Part shown: positions 1-9,419 of the stretch, one piece after another
Position numbering within the stretch: the stretch's first letter is position 1
Layout of the letters: the number at the start of each line of letters is the position of its first letter
Origin: Planctomycetota bacterium
GTDB lineage: Bacteria > Planctomycetota > UBA11346
Direction: 5' to 3'
DNA length: 40,210 nt
Assembly: GCA_038231435.1 (NCBI GenBank)
Contig: JBBRLJ010000045.1
Span: forward strand, 1 to 40,210
Program-made: the position numbers and the translations under genes
Notes under the pieces: model-generated
What the model saw: only the letters and a program-made list of their open reading frames with translations
Database searches by the model: none
Told to the model about the DNA's origin: nothing

Positions 1-129
1 GAAGCCCTGGCCAGCCTCGTCCAAGCGGCCAAACGAAAGGCGCGTGGATACCGGAACCACGAGACGTTCATCCTCATGGCGTATCTCATCGCGGGAAAAC
101 TGGATCTGAGAAGTACCCACACAAAGTGA
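1..129 (+). CDS. ISL3-family transposase, C-terminal fragment (5'-truncated by window edge)
   Basis: Frame 1 reads EALASLVQAAKRKARGYRNHETFILMAYLIAGKLDLRSTHTK*. The K-x-x-A-R-G-Y-R...F motif and terminal TH are typical of ISL3 transposase C-termini. Confidence 0.88.
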   Translation, partial: EALASLVQAAKRKARGYRNHETFILMAYLIAGKLDLRSTHTK

Positions 130-138
130 CGCAGAGCC
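1..138 (+). mobile_element. Right end of ISL3 insertion sequence (IR ending ...GAGCC)
   Basis: ACCCACACAAAGTGACGCAGAGCC ends in GAGCC at 134-138, matching the ISL3 GGCTC terminus. It is followed by the AT-rich 8-mer AGAAATAA, a candidate target-site duplication. Confidence 0.8.
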
Positions 139-140
139 AG

Positions 141-174
141 AAATAATGTCCGTCGATAAATAATGGCCGTCGAT
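141..174. repeat. 17-bp tandem direct repeat x2
   Basis: AAATAATGTCCGTCGAT / AAATAATGGCCGTCGAT, one mismatch. Confidence 0.85.
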
Positions 175-329
175 GTCGGCCGACGCTCGGCTGTCTGCGC
201 ACAACGACGCAGCTCAGGCGGCAGCTGGCGAGTCAGAACTAAGCGGGTGCCGCACCGCACTGGAAGTACACGACGGAGCGGCCGTGGGGCGGCACCCGAG
301 GTACATCATCTTACGCTGCTTCTTACTCT

Positions 330-356
330 GTTGATGATGTTGATGATGTTGATGAT
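330..356. repeat. 9-bp tandem repeat (GTTGATGAT)x3
   Basis: Three perfect copies read directly. Confidence 0.9.
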
Positions 357-375
357 AACGCGTCGCGAGCGCCCA

Positions 376-507
376 CTAGAACACCATCTTCGCCAAGCCC
401 ACCACTGCCAAGGCCACGACGGCGACCACCGTGACCATGACCCAACCGATGGTTCCGGAGCGGGTCTGCAACCTGGAAGACAACGCGGAATAGAGCGTGG
501 GTAGCAT
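376..507 (-). CDS. Small single-pass membrane protein (43 aa)
   Basis: MLPTLYSALSSRLQTRSGTIGWVMVTVVAVVALAVVGLAKMVF; GGAG 6 nt upstream of the ATG; hydrophobic C-terminal helix. Confidence 0.5.
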   Translation of the reverse strand: MLPTLYSALSSRLQTRSGTIGWVMVTVVAVVALAVVGLAKMVF

Positions 508-596
508 GGTGATCTCCAAATGGCAAGTATTCCCGCTTCGGCCGCGGATCCTCATGAAAGCACGCGGAATGCTGGCCGACGTGGAAGGTCGCGAAC

Positions 597-2114
597 TCAC
601 CTCCTGGCGTCGTTCGCCATCCGTTCCAGCTCCTGGCGGAACTCGCTCGCGCCGGTCTTCTTCGCCAGCTCGTCGAGCTGATCCCCCAGCTGATGCTTCG
701 CTGCAGGCGAGAGGCCCGAGCGATTCTCGCGCATGAGCTGGGCAACGCCGCGCTTGGCCTTGAGGAGAGCGCGAGCATCCGAGAACCAGCCAGCGAGCGA
801 GGTCCTCGCGTAGGGCTTGGCATGCTCGGCGATGAGCTTGTCGATGCTGGAGTGGTCGGCGGTCTTGGTATCGTGCTCCGCGAGCGCGTCGCGCACCGCG
901 CCCTGGTGCCGCATCATCTCGGCATGCACGTCAGTGGTCAGCTCACTGATGCGCAGACGTCGGGGAGCATCGAGGCCGAGCGCGGCGGTGCCGATGTCGA
1001 GCTTGATCAGCGCATCGAGACGCGCGGGGGATGCCGCATCGGAGATCTTGTCGACCTGTGCGAGCAGCTGGTCAGCCTTGGCCAGATCCTCCTTGGCGGG
1101 TTGGAACTGGTACTTCAGCGTCGGCCCGCCCATCGCGGAATAATAGAAGATCTCGTTACGCCAGTCCCAGCCGTAGGTGGTGAACTGGCTCGAATCGCTG
1201 AAGGCCGTCGGCGACGGCAGCGGCGCCGCGAGCCTCCAGGTGGCGCACGCATCGCTGGTCTCCATCAGACCTGCGCGCGTCACGACCAGCAGATGGCTGT
1301 CGTCGCGGCCGAAATACGGCCCGTCGCTCGCGTCGACCGACGTACCAAGGAGCGACCACGTCGCTCCCTGATCGTCACTGACCATGACGCCGCGCGCGGT
1401 GGTCCAATAACCCTTGGATTTCCCGTTCACGGTGAAGACGCGCATCGCTCGACCCTTCGGGGAGAGCTCTGACACCGTGCTCCAGGTCGCGCCGCCGTCG
1501 CTCGACCGCACCGTGCCGGGGCGATCGTCCTTGCCAGCCACGAAGGTCTTGGCGTCGAACACGCCGACGCAACGGAAGCCGGTGGACAGGTCGTGCCAAT
1601 CGCCGCCGCCGTTGGTCGAGATGCAGGCCTTGCCGCCGCTTTCGTGATGTACGGCGATCATGGTCTTGCCATCGCTCCAATCGGTGGCGCCGAAATCGAG
1701 GTGGCTGGCCGAGGATGCCGCATGGCTCTTGCCGCGATCGCCCACCAGCGCGCTGCCGCCGTAGATCATGTAGCACATCAGGCGCGACGACGTGGGATCC
1801 GGATCCAGCGAGAAGCCGTATTCGCAGCGTCCGCCCACCGCTCCGCCATCGACGCGCTGGAAGGCCGCGCCGCGATCCTCGCTCCGCCACAAGCCCTGGT
1901 CGCAGATCACCAGATAGACGTCGCCGGTGATGCGGTCGACACTGACACCGGCCGTCTGTCCCGGATACCCGGGCTGCAGACCTTTCGCCGCGAGCTGGGC
2001 GATGACCGGATCCGAGATCGTCGTCCAGGTGCCGAGCGGGTCTGCCGCCCGGAGCGGACCCGCGCACACGCAGAAGACCAGGGCCAGGGCCAGCAGGCGG
2101 ATCGAGGGTGCCAT
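597..2114 (-). CDS. Secreted BNR/Asp-box repeat beta-propeller protein (sialidase/GH74-like fold) with a helical C-terminal extension
   Basis: Signal peptide; repeated S-x-D-x-G-x-T-W Asp-boxes (SEDRGAAF, STNGGGDW, SSDGGATW, SDDQGATW, TSDACATW). Confidence 0.75.
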   Translation of the reverse strand: MAPSIRLLALALVFCVCAGPLRAADPLGTWTTISDPVIAQLAAKGLQPGYPGQTAGVSVDRITGDVYLVICDQGLWRSEDRGAAFQRVDGGAVGGRCEYGFSLDPDPTSSRLMCYMIYGGSALVGDRGKSHAASSASHLDFGATDWSDGKTMIAVHHESGGKACISTNGGGDWHDLSTGFRCVGVFDAKTFVAGKDDRPGTVRSSDGGATWSTVSELSPKGRAMRVFTVNGKSKGYWTTARGVMVSDDQGATWSLLGTSVDASDGPYFGRDDSHLLVVTRAGLMETSDACATWRLAAPLPSPTAFSDSSQFTTYGWDWRNEIFYYSAMGGPTLKYQFQPAKEDLAKADQLLAQVDKISDAASPARLDALIKLDIGTAALGLDAPRRLRISELTTDVHAEMMRHQGAVRDALAEHDTKTADHSSIDKLIAEHAKPYARTSLAGWFSDARALLKAKRGVAQLMRENRSGLSPAAKHQLGDQLDELAKKTGASEFRQELERMANDARR

Positions 2115-2244
2115 CCCTGGTGGGTTCCGCGAGCCGGCGTCGGTAAGCGCGATGTGCCCCGCTACGATTCGCGGGTGTATGACGCGGTGTACGGACCTGC
2201 GCTGTCGGCTACTCGCGAGCCATGCCCACGATCGTCAGCGCGGA

Positions 2245-2511
2245 TCACCAGCGCGGATAGATCACCACCGGATGCTCGTTCGCGGGAGCGCGCATCGCCT
2301 CATCCGAATCGGGTGCCTGGAGAACGGATTCCTCCTGGAACGCGTACGAAACCGGTTTTCTCGCCACCGTGGTCACGGCCGCGACCGCCACGATCACGCC
2401 GATGACTGCGGCGAAGACGGCGAGCAGCGATTCGCCACGGAACGGGATTCCGAGCGTCGGGGCTGATGCCCGATGGTCTTGGAAGTCGGCGAAGTCGGCG
2501 GGGTTGGACAT
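2245..2511 (-). CDS. Hypothetical small membrane protein (start uncertain)
   Basis: One TM segment (LLAVFAAVIGVIVAVAAV); co-oriented between MATE and BNR genes; GGAG close upstream of MSNPADF. Confidence 0.5.
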   Translation of the reverse strand: MSNPADFADFQDHRASAPTLGIPFRGESLLAVFAAVIGVIVAVAAVTTVARKPVSYAFQEESVLQAPDSDEAMRAPANEHPVVIYPRW

Positions 2512-2705
2512 GGCTCCCATGATCCACATGGGGAACCACCCAAGCAAGCCGGCCATGGAAAAACATACAAGTGTCGGGCGGGCGGGCCGCGAACCGGCCC
2601 CTGGCACTCCCAGCGCGATGCGCATGTCCGTCTCCTTTCACGACAGATCGTTACAGATCGACTCCCATCGCGCGGCGAGGTGCAGATCTCAATATCGGGC
2701 GATGT

Positions 2706-4184
2706 TCATCGCCGTACCGACATCTTCTGCCACGGGCCGAACTGGAAGCGCAGGAACATCACCGCCGCGATCGCCCAGCTGTAGATGGCGAACACCACAT
2801 AGCATGCGGTGAGCGGCCGCGCTCCCCAGCCTTCGAGCAGCGCTGGGTCCGCCACTCCCAGCATGAGCCACACCGGCAGGCTCAGGCCGATCACCGCCGT
2901 CGCGACCATTGCGACGAGCGTCCAGCGCGTGTCTCCGGCGCCGACGATGACCATGCGGAACACCCAGTGCAGGCCATCGCCCACGGCGGCGACGGCCAGG
3001 CAGATCATCACCGGCACGCCTTGATCGATGATGTTCCGCCAGCGCGCGGCGGTGCCGGCGCTCGCGACCGCGTCGTGGTCGACATAGATATCCATCAGCT
3101 GGCGTGGCATCAGCGCGAACACCAATGCCGCGGCGGTGAGCACCGGCGCGGCGATGGCGAAGGCGATCCACGCTATCCGGCGCGCGAGATCGGGGCGGCC
3201 CGCGCCCAGGCACTGCCCCACCGCGATCGATATCCCCTGGCCGAGACCGATGAATGGCACCAGTACCAATAGGTAGAGCGCGAAGGCGATGTTCGAGGCA
3301 CTGAGCTCCTCGGTGGACAGGCGCGTGACCATGGCGCTGAAGATCAGGAAGGCACCCATCTCGAGGATCTCGGAACCGCCCCGCGGCAGCGCATAGCGCG
3401 CGAACCGGCGCATACGCGCCCACGAACGGTTGCGGTTGCGCCACACGCCGAAACGGCGGCGCAGGTCGAGCGAGAAGAACAGCGCGCTCCACACACCGAG
3501 GAAGCACAGCGAGGTGGCGAGCGTGGCGATGCCGGCCCCGGTGATGCCGAGGCGGGCGGGAACGCCGAGGCCGCCGAAGATCAGCCAATGATTGAGCGCC
3601 ACCGAGACCACGCAGCACAGCGCACTGACCACGAACACCGTGCGGGTGCGGCCCAGGCCGGCATAGAAACCGGACATGGCCGACATCAGCACGATCGGCC
3701 CGGTCTCGGCGAGATACCATCCAGTCAACTCGGCCATGCCCGAGGCCACCGACGGATCCTGGAGATGGAAGGGGATCACCAGCAGGTGACGGAACGGTAT
3801 CAGGGCGAGCGTCGCCGCAGTCGCCACCGCGCCCAGCCACAGCGCCGGCCAGCACATGGCTCCGGCCTCGTCGTCCTCCCCCGCCCCGTGGTGCTGCGCG
3901 GCGAAGGTCCCGACGTAGCCGGCCGAGACCACGAAGCAGCCCTGCACTGTCCAAGCCAGCATGCCGGCCGGGTAGCTGGCGGCGAGCGCCTCGGGGCTGT
4001 ACCAGCCCAGGAACAGACGGTTCAGGAAATGCAGGACGAAGCCCACGCCCATCCCCGCGGCCATCGGCAGCGCGAGCGCGAGCAGCCCGCGCACGGTCGC
4101 GAGCCGTTCGACGGACGGGAGTTCGGAACGCGAGAGGGACGGACCGGCAGCCTGTCCTGGATCAGAAGTCGGCGGCGACGGCAT
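2706..4184 (-). CDS. MATE family efflux transporter
   Basis: About 12 TM segments; LALP, GLGRTR, LGITGAGIAT, GQCLGAGR and GAGDTR are MATE motifs. Confidence 0.92.
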   Translation of the reverse strand: MPSPPTSDPGQAAGPSLSRSELPSVERLATVRGLLALALPMAAGMGVGFVLHFLNRLFLGWYSPEALAASYPAGMLAWTVQGCFVVSAGYVGTFAAQHHGAGEDDEAGAMCWPALWLGAVATAATLALIPFRHLLVIPFHLQDPSVASGMAELTGWYLAETGPIVLMSAMSGFYAGLGRTRTVFVVSALCCVVSVALNHWLIFGGLGVPARLGITGAGIATLATSLCFLGVWSALFFSLDLRRRFGVWRNRNRSWARMRRFARYALPRGGSEILEMGAFLIFSAMVTRLSTEELSASNIAFALYLLVLVPFIGLGQGISIAVGQCLGAGRPDLARRIAWIAFAIAAPVLTAAALVFALMPRQLMDIYVDHDAVASAGTAARWRNIIDQGVPVMICLAVAAVGDGLHWVFRMVIVGAGDTRWTLVAMVATAVIGLSLPVWLMLGVADPALLEGWGARPLTACYVVFAIYSWAIAAVMFLRFQFGPWQKMSVRR

Positions 4185-4269
4185 GGCCCCGCACCTCACG
4201 GCGAGGCTTGCTCGAGGCAAGGGCCGGCCGCGGCGACCGACCATCCCTCGGGCCTCGGTCATTCGGGCC

Positions 4270-4596
4270 TCAGCTGGAGACCGCGGATTCCGCCAGCTGG
4301 GTCTTCACCTCCAAGCGCTCGTACGCGAGGCTGGCCTTCTCGACCAGCCCGAAATAGACGCTCGCGTCTCCGGGCTGCTCGTGAGCGATGGTCTTCGCGC
4401 GCTCGACGCTCGGCAGATCAGCGAACTCGCTGATGTCGGTCCACATGCCCTGACCGTCGGGTCCGAGCAAGGTGCGGCGCAGCAATCCGGGCATGCGGCG
4501 GAACAGCTCGTTGGCGCGTTCGGAGGCGGCGAGCACCTCGTCCTCGCCGACCCCTTGGCGCATCTTCATGCGGATGATTTCCACGATATGGCTCAT
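4270..4596 (-). CDS. Dimeric alpha/beta-barrel (ABM-like) protein
   Basis: 108 aa with an MPGLLRRTL...W.D pattern; strong GAAGGAGG RBS. Confidence 0.65.
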   Translation of the reverse strand: MSHIVEIIRMKMRQGVGEDEVLAASERANELFRRMPGLLRRTLLGPDGQGMWTDISEFADLPSVERAKTIAHEQPGDASVYFGLVEKASLAYERLEVKTQLAESAVSS

Positions 4597-4630
4597 AGGA
4601 CACCTCCTTCATTTTCCTTTTGGGACTCTT

Positions 4631-4661
4631 GGCACTTACGGCACTTACGGCACTTACGGCA
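4631..4661. repeat. 9-bp tandem repeat (GGCACTTAC)x3.4
   Basis: Perfect copies in a divergent intergenic region. Confidence 0.9.
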
Positions 4662-4804
4662 AAGAAGAGAGGTGCATCATACCACGCTCCGGAGCAGCGC
4701 GGAACACGTCATGTGCAAACCTCCGTTCAATCTCCGCTGCTCAACCTCCGCTAGAGATGGCGGCAGCCAGCGAGCCCGCTACGACGACATCATCAGGAGT
4801 CCCC

Positions 4805-5797
4805 ATGCGAGCCCGCGCCATCGTCTGTACCGCCCGGGATCAGGTCGAGGTCCGCGACGTCGCCATCCCGGCACCGGGGCCACGCGAGGTACTGGTCGAA
4901 TCGTTGTTCACCTGCATCAGTCCCGGCACCGAGCTGCGCTGCGTCCGCGGCAAGCAGGCGGACACCGCGTTTCCCTTCATCCCAGGCTACGCTGTGGTCG
5001 GACGCATCGCGCAGGTGGGGCCCGAGGTCGATCTGCGCATTGGCACCGTCGTGTTCACCCATGGCACCACCCGCGTCGAAGGCGCCGTTCCGATGTGGGG
5101 CGGCCACTGTTCACACGTGCTGGTTCCCAGCCACGAGGCACTGCCGCTGCCCCCTGGCGTCGATCCGCTCGAGGCGACACTGGTGAAGCTCGGCGCGATC
5201 GCCTACCACGGCATGCGCCTCTCGCATCCGCGCCCTGGCGAGCACGTCGCCGTCGTCGGTCTCGGGCCGATCGGCCAGCTGGCCGCGCTCATGCACCAGC
5301 TCGCGGGCGCCCGCGTGATCGGCTGCGATCGCATGCCCGAGCGGCTCGAGGTTGCGCGCCGGCTCGGCATCGACGTGGTCGATGGCTCAGCAGGCCTGCC
5401 GAGCGCGTTCGCGGCAGTCTTTCCCCATGGCGCAGATATCGTCGTCGATGCCAGCGGCGCGCCCAAGGTGCTCGAGGAAGCAGTGACCTTGGCGCGCGCG
5501 CTGCCATGGGGCGATGACCACGTGGTCGGCGCGCGCTACCTGGTGCAGGGAAGCTACGAGACTGCCTTCTCGATCCCCTACCAGCCGGCCTTCATGCGCG
5601 AGCTCACCTTCCTGATCCCGCGCGACACCGTGCCCCGCGATCGCAGAGAGGTGCTCGCCTTGCTGGCGGCGAAGAAGCTGTCGCTGCGCACGATGATCTC
5701 GGACGTGCGCCCGCCCGAGGAAGCCGCCCGCACCTACGCCGATCTGGGCGGCAAGGACCCCCGTCTGGTGACCGTCGCCTTCCAGTGGGCGACCTAG
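4805..5797 (+). CDS. MDR-family (zinc-type alcohol dehydrogenase-like) oxidoreductase
   Basis: ISPGTE, FPFIPGY and Rossmann VVGLGPIG motifs; AGGAG RBS upstream of ATG 4805. Confidence 0.88.
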   Translation: MRARAIVCTARDQVEVRDVAIPAPGPREVLVESLFTCISPGTELRCVRGKQADTAFPFIPGYAVVGRIAQVGPEVDLRIGTVVFTHGTTRVEGAVPMWGGHCSHVLVPSHEALPLPPGVDPLEATLVKLGAIAYHGMRLSHPRPGEHVAVVGLGPIGQLAALMHQLAGARVIGCDRMPERLEVARRLGIDVVDGSAGLPSAFAAVFPHGADIVVDASGAPKVLEEAVTLARALPWGDDHVVGARYLVQGSYETAFSIPYQPAFMRELTFLIPRDTVPRDRREVLALLAAKKLSLRTMISDVRPPEEAARTYADLGGKDPRLVTVAFQWAT

Positions 5798-5903
5798 GCT
5801 GTCGGTGGACGCTGTTGTTGGCTGACGGAGAGGCAGGCGTCCTGGATCCCGTGGCGGTTTCACGCACCTGGCTTCCCCGGCTCGCGAGCGTAGAAACTCC
5901 GTC

Positions 5904-6725
5904 ATGAAACTATCGTTCACCACGCTCGGCTGTCCGGACTGGACTCTCGAGCAGATCGCGGCCAACGCCAAGGCGCACGGCTACGACGGCGTCGAGCTGC
6001 GCACCCAGACCGACGGCAACCACTGCTCGCCCGACGCAACGCCGGAGCAGGCCAAGCGCATCGCCAGGATCTTCGCCGCCCAGGGCGTGGCGATCATGAG
6101 CATCATGGGCTACTGCACGTTCGCCCACCGCGACCCCGCCGAAGTCGACCGGAATCAGGCACTGATGCGCAAGCTCTTCGCCCTCGCCGAAGCGACGGGT
6201 GCGCCGCACGTGCGCTCCTTCGCCGGCCGCCTGCCCGAAGGCGCGACGCACGCGCAGATGCTCGAGACCGTCGCAGGTGCCTTCAAGCCGCTCGCCGCAG
6301 AGGCGGCGAAGCGCGGCGTATCGATCGCGCTCGAAACCCACGACGACTGGTGCGGCAGCGATCTGCTGCTCGAGCTCACACGGCTGGTGGATTCGAAGCG
6401 CGGCTTCGGCTTGGTCTTCGACATCTGCAACTGCATCGTCGCCGGCCACGACTGGCGCAAGACCTACCGTCGGCTGAAAGCGCACATCCGCTACTGCCAC
6501 GTGAAGGACGCGTGGCGTTCGGCCGACGGCGTCTGGCACTATGCGCCGATGGGCGCCGGGGATCTGCCGTGGCGAGAGGTGGTCAAGACCCTGAAGAAGG
6601 ATCGCTATCGCGGCTTCCTCAGCTTCGAATGGGAGAAGAAGTGGCACCCCGAGCTTGAGCCGCCCGAGCGCGTCTTCCCGCAATACACGCACAAGATGCG
6701 CGGGATGTGGGCCGAAAAGACGTGA
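5904..6725 (+). CDS. Sugar phosphate isomerase/epimerase (xylose-isomerase-like TIM barrel)
   Basis: GYDGVELR, LETHD, FDIC, HVKD and SFEWEK metal-binding pattern. Confidence 0.9.
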   Translation: MKLSFTTLGCPDWTLEQIAANAKAHGYDGVELRTQTDGNHCSPDATPEQAKRIARIFAAQGVAIMSIMGYCTFAHRDPAEVDRNQALMRKLFALAEATGAPHVRSFAGRLPEGATHAQMLETVAGAFKPLAAEAAKRGVSIALETHDDWCGSDLLLELTRLVDSKRGFGLVFDICNCIVAGHDWRKTYRRLKAHIRYCHVKDAWRSADGVWHYAPMGAGDLPWREVVKTLKKDRYRGFLSFEWEKKWHPELEPPERVFPQYTHKMRGMWAEKT

Positions 6726-6818
6726 GGCCCGCCGGGGCCGGTCGATCCTCCTGATCGCCAGGTCTGGACTCCCTGCGCGTGGACGCCCCTTGCGGTATAC
6801 TCGCCGGTGGAGACACGC

Positions 6819-7583
6819 ATGCCCACGGCCATATCCGCAACGGCGACCAGCCCTGCGAACGCCACCGTCCTAACGCCCGGGGAGCTGGCTCGCTTCGAGG
6901 CCGATGGCTTCACGGTGCGGCCGGACCTGCTCGATGCTGGCGAGTGCGCGCGCTTCCGCGCGGCGGCGCTCGCCTACGCCGACGCACGCATGCAAGCCAA
7001 GCAGGGCGAAGTCTTCCGCCAACTCTGCCAGGTGTGGCGCGGCGACGAGACGCTGCGCGGGCTCACCTTCCATCCTCGCATCCTCGCCGCCGTGTCTCAG
7101 CTGGCGACGCGGCCGATGCGGCTCTACCACGACCAGATCCTGATCAAGGATCCGCGGAACGGCCAGGCCTCGGAGTTCCACCAGGATCGTCCGTACTGGC
7201 CGCTGTCGCCCGCGCCGACGGTATCGATCTGGGTCGCGCTCGGCGACGTGCCGGTCGAGAGCGGCTGCATGAGCTTCATCCCGGGTACGCACCGACGCAC
7301 CGGTTTGCAGCTCCAGGTCATCCAGCAGGCGCGCAGCCTGTTCGAGCAGGCGCCCGAGCTCGAATGGGCCGAGCGCCGCGTGGTGCCGCTGCGCTCCGGC
7401 GGCGTCACCTTCCACCAGGGATGGACGGCGCACCGCGCCGGTCCGAACGAAACCGATCAGCCGCGCGTCGCCTTCAGCGCCATCTACGTCGAGGACGGCG
7501 TGAAGCTTGTCAGCGGCAGCGACTGGCCGTATCCCGGCGCGAAAGCCGGCGACACGCTCGGCGAGGGATGTCCGCTGATCTGA
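6819..7583 (+). CDS. Phytanoyl-CoA dioxygenase (PhyH) family Fe(II)/2OG dioxygenase
   Basis: FHQD (HxD), distal H in AHRAGPN, and R in QPRVA; GGAG RBS. Confidence 0.9.
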   Translation: MPTAISATATSPANATVLTPGELARFEADGFTVRPDLLDAGECARFRAAALAYADARMQAKQGEVFRQLCQVWRGDETLRGLTFHPRILAAVSQLATRPMRLYHDQILIKDPRNGQASEFHQDRPYWPLSPAPTVSIWVALGDVPVESGCMSFIPGTHRRTGLQLQVIQQARSLFEQAPELEWAERRVVPLRSGGVTFHQGWTAHRAGPNETDQPRVAFSAIYVEDGVKLVSGSDWPYPGAKAGDTLGEGCPLI

Positions 7584-7620
7584 TCCGAGCCAGCCACCGA
7601 TCTCCTGGCGTCGCCGCCGC

Positions 7621-8523
7621 TCACGCGCCCAGCACCGTGCTCATGAAGAACTCGCGCAGGCCGGGGCGCAGGCCGGGGGTCACATCAATGGTCGTGCCCG
7701 GCTCGACCGGCATCGTCAGGCCGGTGGTTGCCCCGCCCCTGGTCTCGACGCGCACCGCCATGGGCTTGGTATCGTACCAGCCGCGGTCGAAGGCCCAGAC
7801 GATCGGGAAGAGGTCGTAGAGCACGGGGCCTGGCTTCCAACTCTGCGCCGGATGCCACGCGGCGATGGCCTGGGCCATCGCCGCGCCGAGCGCCGTGTCC
7901 ATGCGGCCCAGGCGCGCGCAGTCGTCCATGTCTAGAGCGCATTGGCGCGTGACGCTCCAGGTACCCATCGCGATCGGCACGCCCGAGGTGAGCACGATGT
8001 CTGCGGCGATGGGATCCGAGGCGATGTTGTGCTCGGCGCGGCTCAGCGCGACCTCGCCGCCCATCAGGGCGATGGCCTTGATCTTGGGCGCGAGGTCCGC
8101 CTTGCGCCGCAGCGCGCAGGCGATGTTGGTCAAGGGCGCGATGCACGCGAGCACCACCTCGCCGGGATGCCGCTCGATGGTGTCGATGATCAGCTGCACC
8201 GCGTCGCCGTGCGGCGGCTCGTCGTCTGGATGCGGCGGCTCGGCGAAGCACGCGTGGTTCATCACCACGGCGAGGTCCGCTGGCTTGGCGAGTTCGCCGG
8301 GAGCGAACGCCCGCAGTGGCAAGTCCATGCCAGCTGCAACCGGCACATCGGTGCGTCCGAGATGGCGCAACAGCCGGCGCACCAGACGCGCGCGCCCGAG
8401 GGCGGGAGCCATGACGGTGGTGATGGCGCGCACATCCAGTTCAGGCCGCAGCAGGGCGAACCACAGCGCGAGCAGATCGTCGATGTCCTGGCCCGGGTCG
8501 GTATCGATGAGGATCTTCTGCAT
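7621..8523 (-). CDS. Nucleoside hydrolase (IU-NH family)
   Basis: N-terminal DTDPGQDIDD motif, PLTN, MGG...AEHN, LYD. Confidence 0.92.
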   Translation of the reverse strand: MQKILIDTDPGQDIDDLLALWFALLRPELDVRAITTVMAPALGRARLVRRLLRHLGRTDVPVAAGMDLPLRAFAPGELAKPADLAVVMNHACFAEPPHPDDEPPHGDAVQLIIDTIERHPGEVVLACIAPLTNIACALRRKADLAPKIKAIALMGGEVALSRAEHNIASDPIAADIVLTSGVPIAMGTWSVTRQCALDMDDCARLGRMDTALGAAMAQAIAAWHPAQSWKPGPVLYDLFPIVWAFDRGWYDTKPMAVRVETRGGATTGLTMPVEPGTTIDVTPGLRPGLREFFMSTVLGA

Positions 8524-8637
8524 ACGCCCAGCGTCGGCGCGAGCGCGTGAAAGCACGCGACGGCTGGAGCCAATGCGGTGATCGACCAACCGGCATATGC
8601 CATCTGCGCGACGGCGCGAGCCGGCGACAGCAAGGGA

Positions 8638-9138
8638 TCAAGTCGCGAGCCGCTCCGAAACCGGCTGCCTCGGCGACAGCACGCTGGTGCCGACAGCCGG
8701 TGTCGGATCCTTGCTCAGCACCCCGCGCCCCGAACCCGCGAGCTTCGCGACCGCGGTGACGATATCGATGTAGCGCTCCCACTGGCTCGGCTTGACCACG
8801 TAGAGGCACGCGCCCAGCGCATAGCACTCGTCGATCTCCTCGCTCCGGTGGGACGAGCTGAACACCACCACCGGAATGGCTTTCCACAGGGGGTCGCGCT
8901 GCAGCTTGCGCAGGATATCGCGACCGCTGACCACCGGCAGATTGAGATCCAGCAGGATCAGCCCGGGCGAGGGCGCGTTCCAGTACGTGCCGCGCTTCTC
9001 GAGGAACTCGAACGCCTCGCGCCATTCACCCACCGCGCGCAGGTTCAGGCTGAAGCGGCACTGCTGCAGCGCCGCCTCGAACAGCTGGACGTCGCCGAGA
9101 TTGTCTTCCACATACAAGACCGTCGGTTGCGCGGGCAT
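8638..9138 (-). CDS. Single-domain response regulator receiver (Rcp1-like)
   Basis: VEDN, LLDLNLP (phosphoacceptor Asp), FSSS, YVVKP; AAGGA RBS. Confidence 0.9.
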   Translation of the reverse strand: MPAQPTVLYVEDNLGDVQLFEAALQQCRFSLNLRAVGEWREAFEFLEKRGTYWNAPSPGLILLDLNLPVVSGRDILRKLQRDPLWKAIPVVVFSSSHRSEEIDECYALGACLYVVKPSQWERYIDIVTAVAKLAGSGRGVLSKDPTPAVGTSVLSPRQPVSERLAT

Positions 9139-9419
9139 GGTCGTCCTTTCGCTGTGGGCCTGATGTGGCTTCCGATATGTTTTTCCGAAGCCGGCGGTTT
9201 CGGAACTATCATCGGCCACGGTCGGCGAGACACCGCCGAGAGTACGCGCTGGGATGGGGAATTCCACGATCGCGCGGCGACCTTCGACGCGCGATTGGCG
9301 CGAGCTCTCGCTGCGAATCGGCGAATGAGTCAAGGCGTGCAATCGCCACGCATCTCGGCGAGCTTGACGGCGGCGACGCGCTGCGTGGCGAGCTGGGGAT
9401 TTTCGCGAACTTCCTCGAA

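Noticed and set aside
163..504. 113-aa ORF containing LMMLMMLM
   Set aside because: The pattern arises from the 9-bp tandem repeat; composition is shadow-like and it overlaps a better-supported minus-strand small gene.
4718..4752. Three AAYCTCCG motifs upstream of the MDR gene
   Set aside because: Short and unevenly spaced (11 and 14 nt); cannot be distinguished from chance without comparative data.
9139..9419. Riboswitch between the two receiver genes
   Set aside because: Some hairpins are present (e.g. about 9183-9205), but there is no known aptamer consensus and GC-rich DNA folds by chance.
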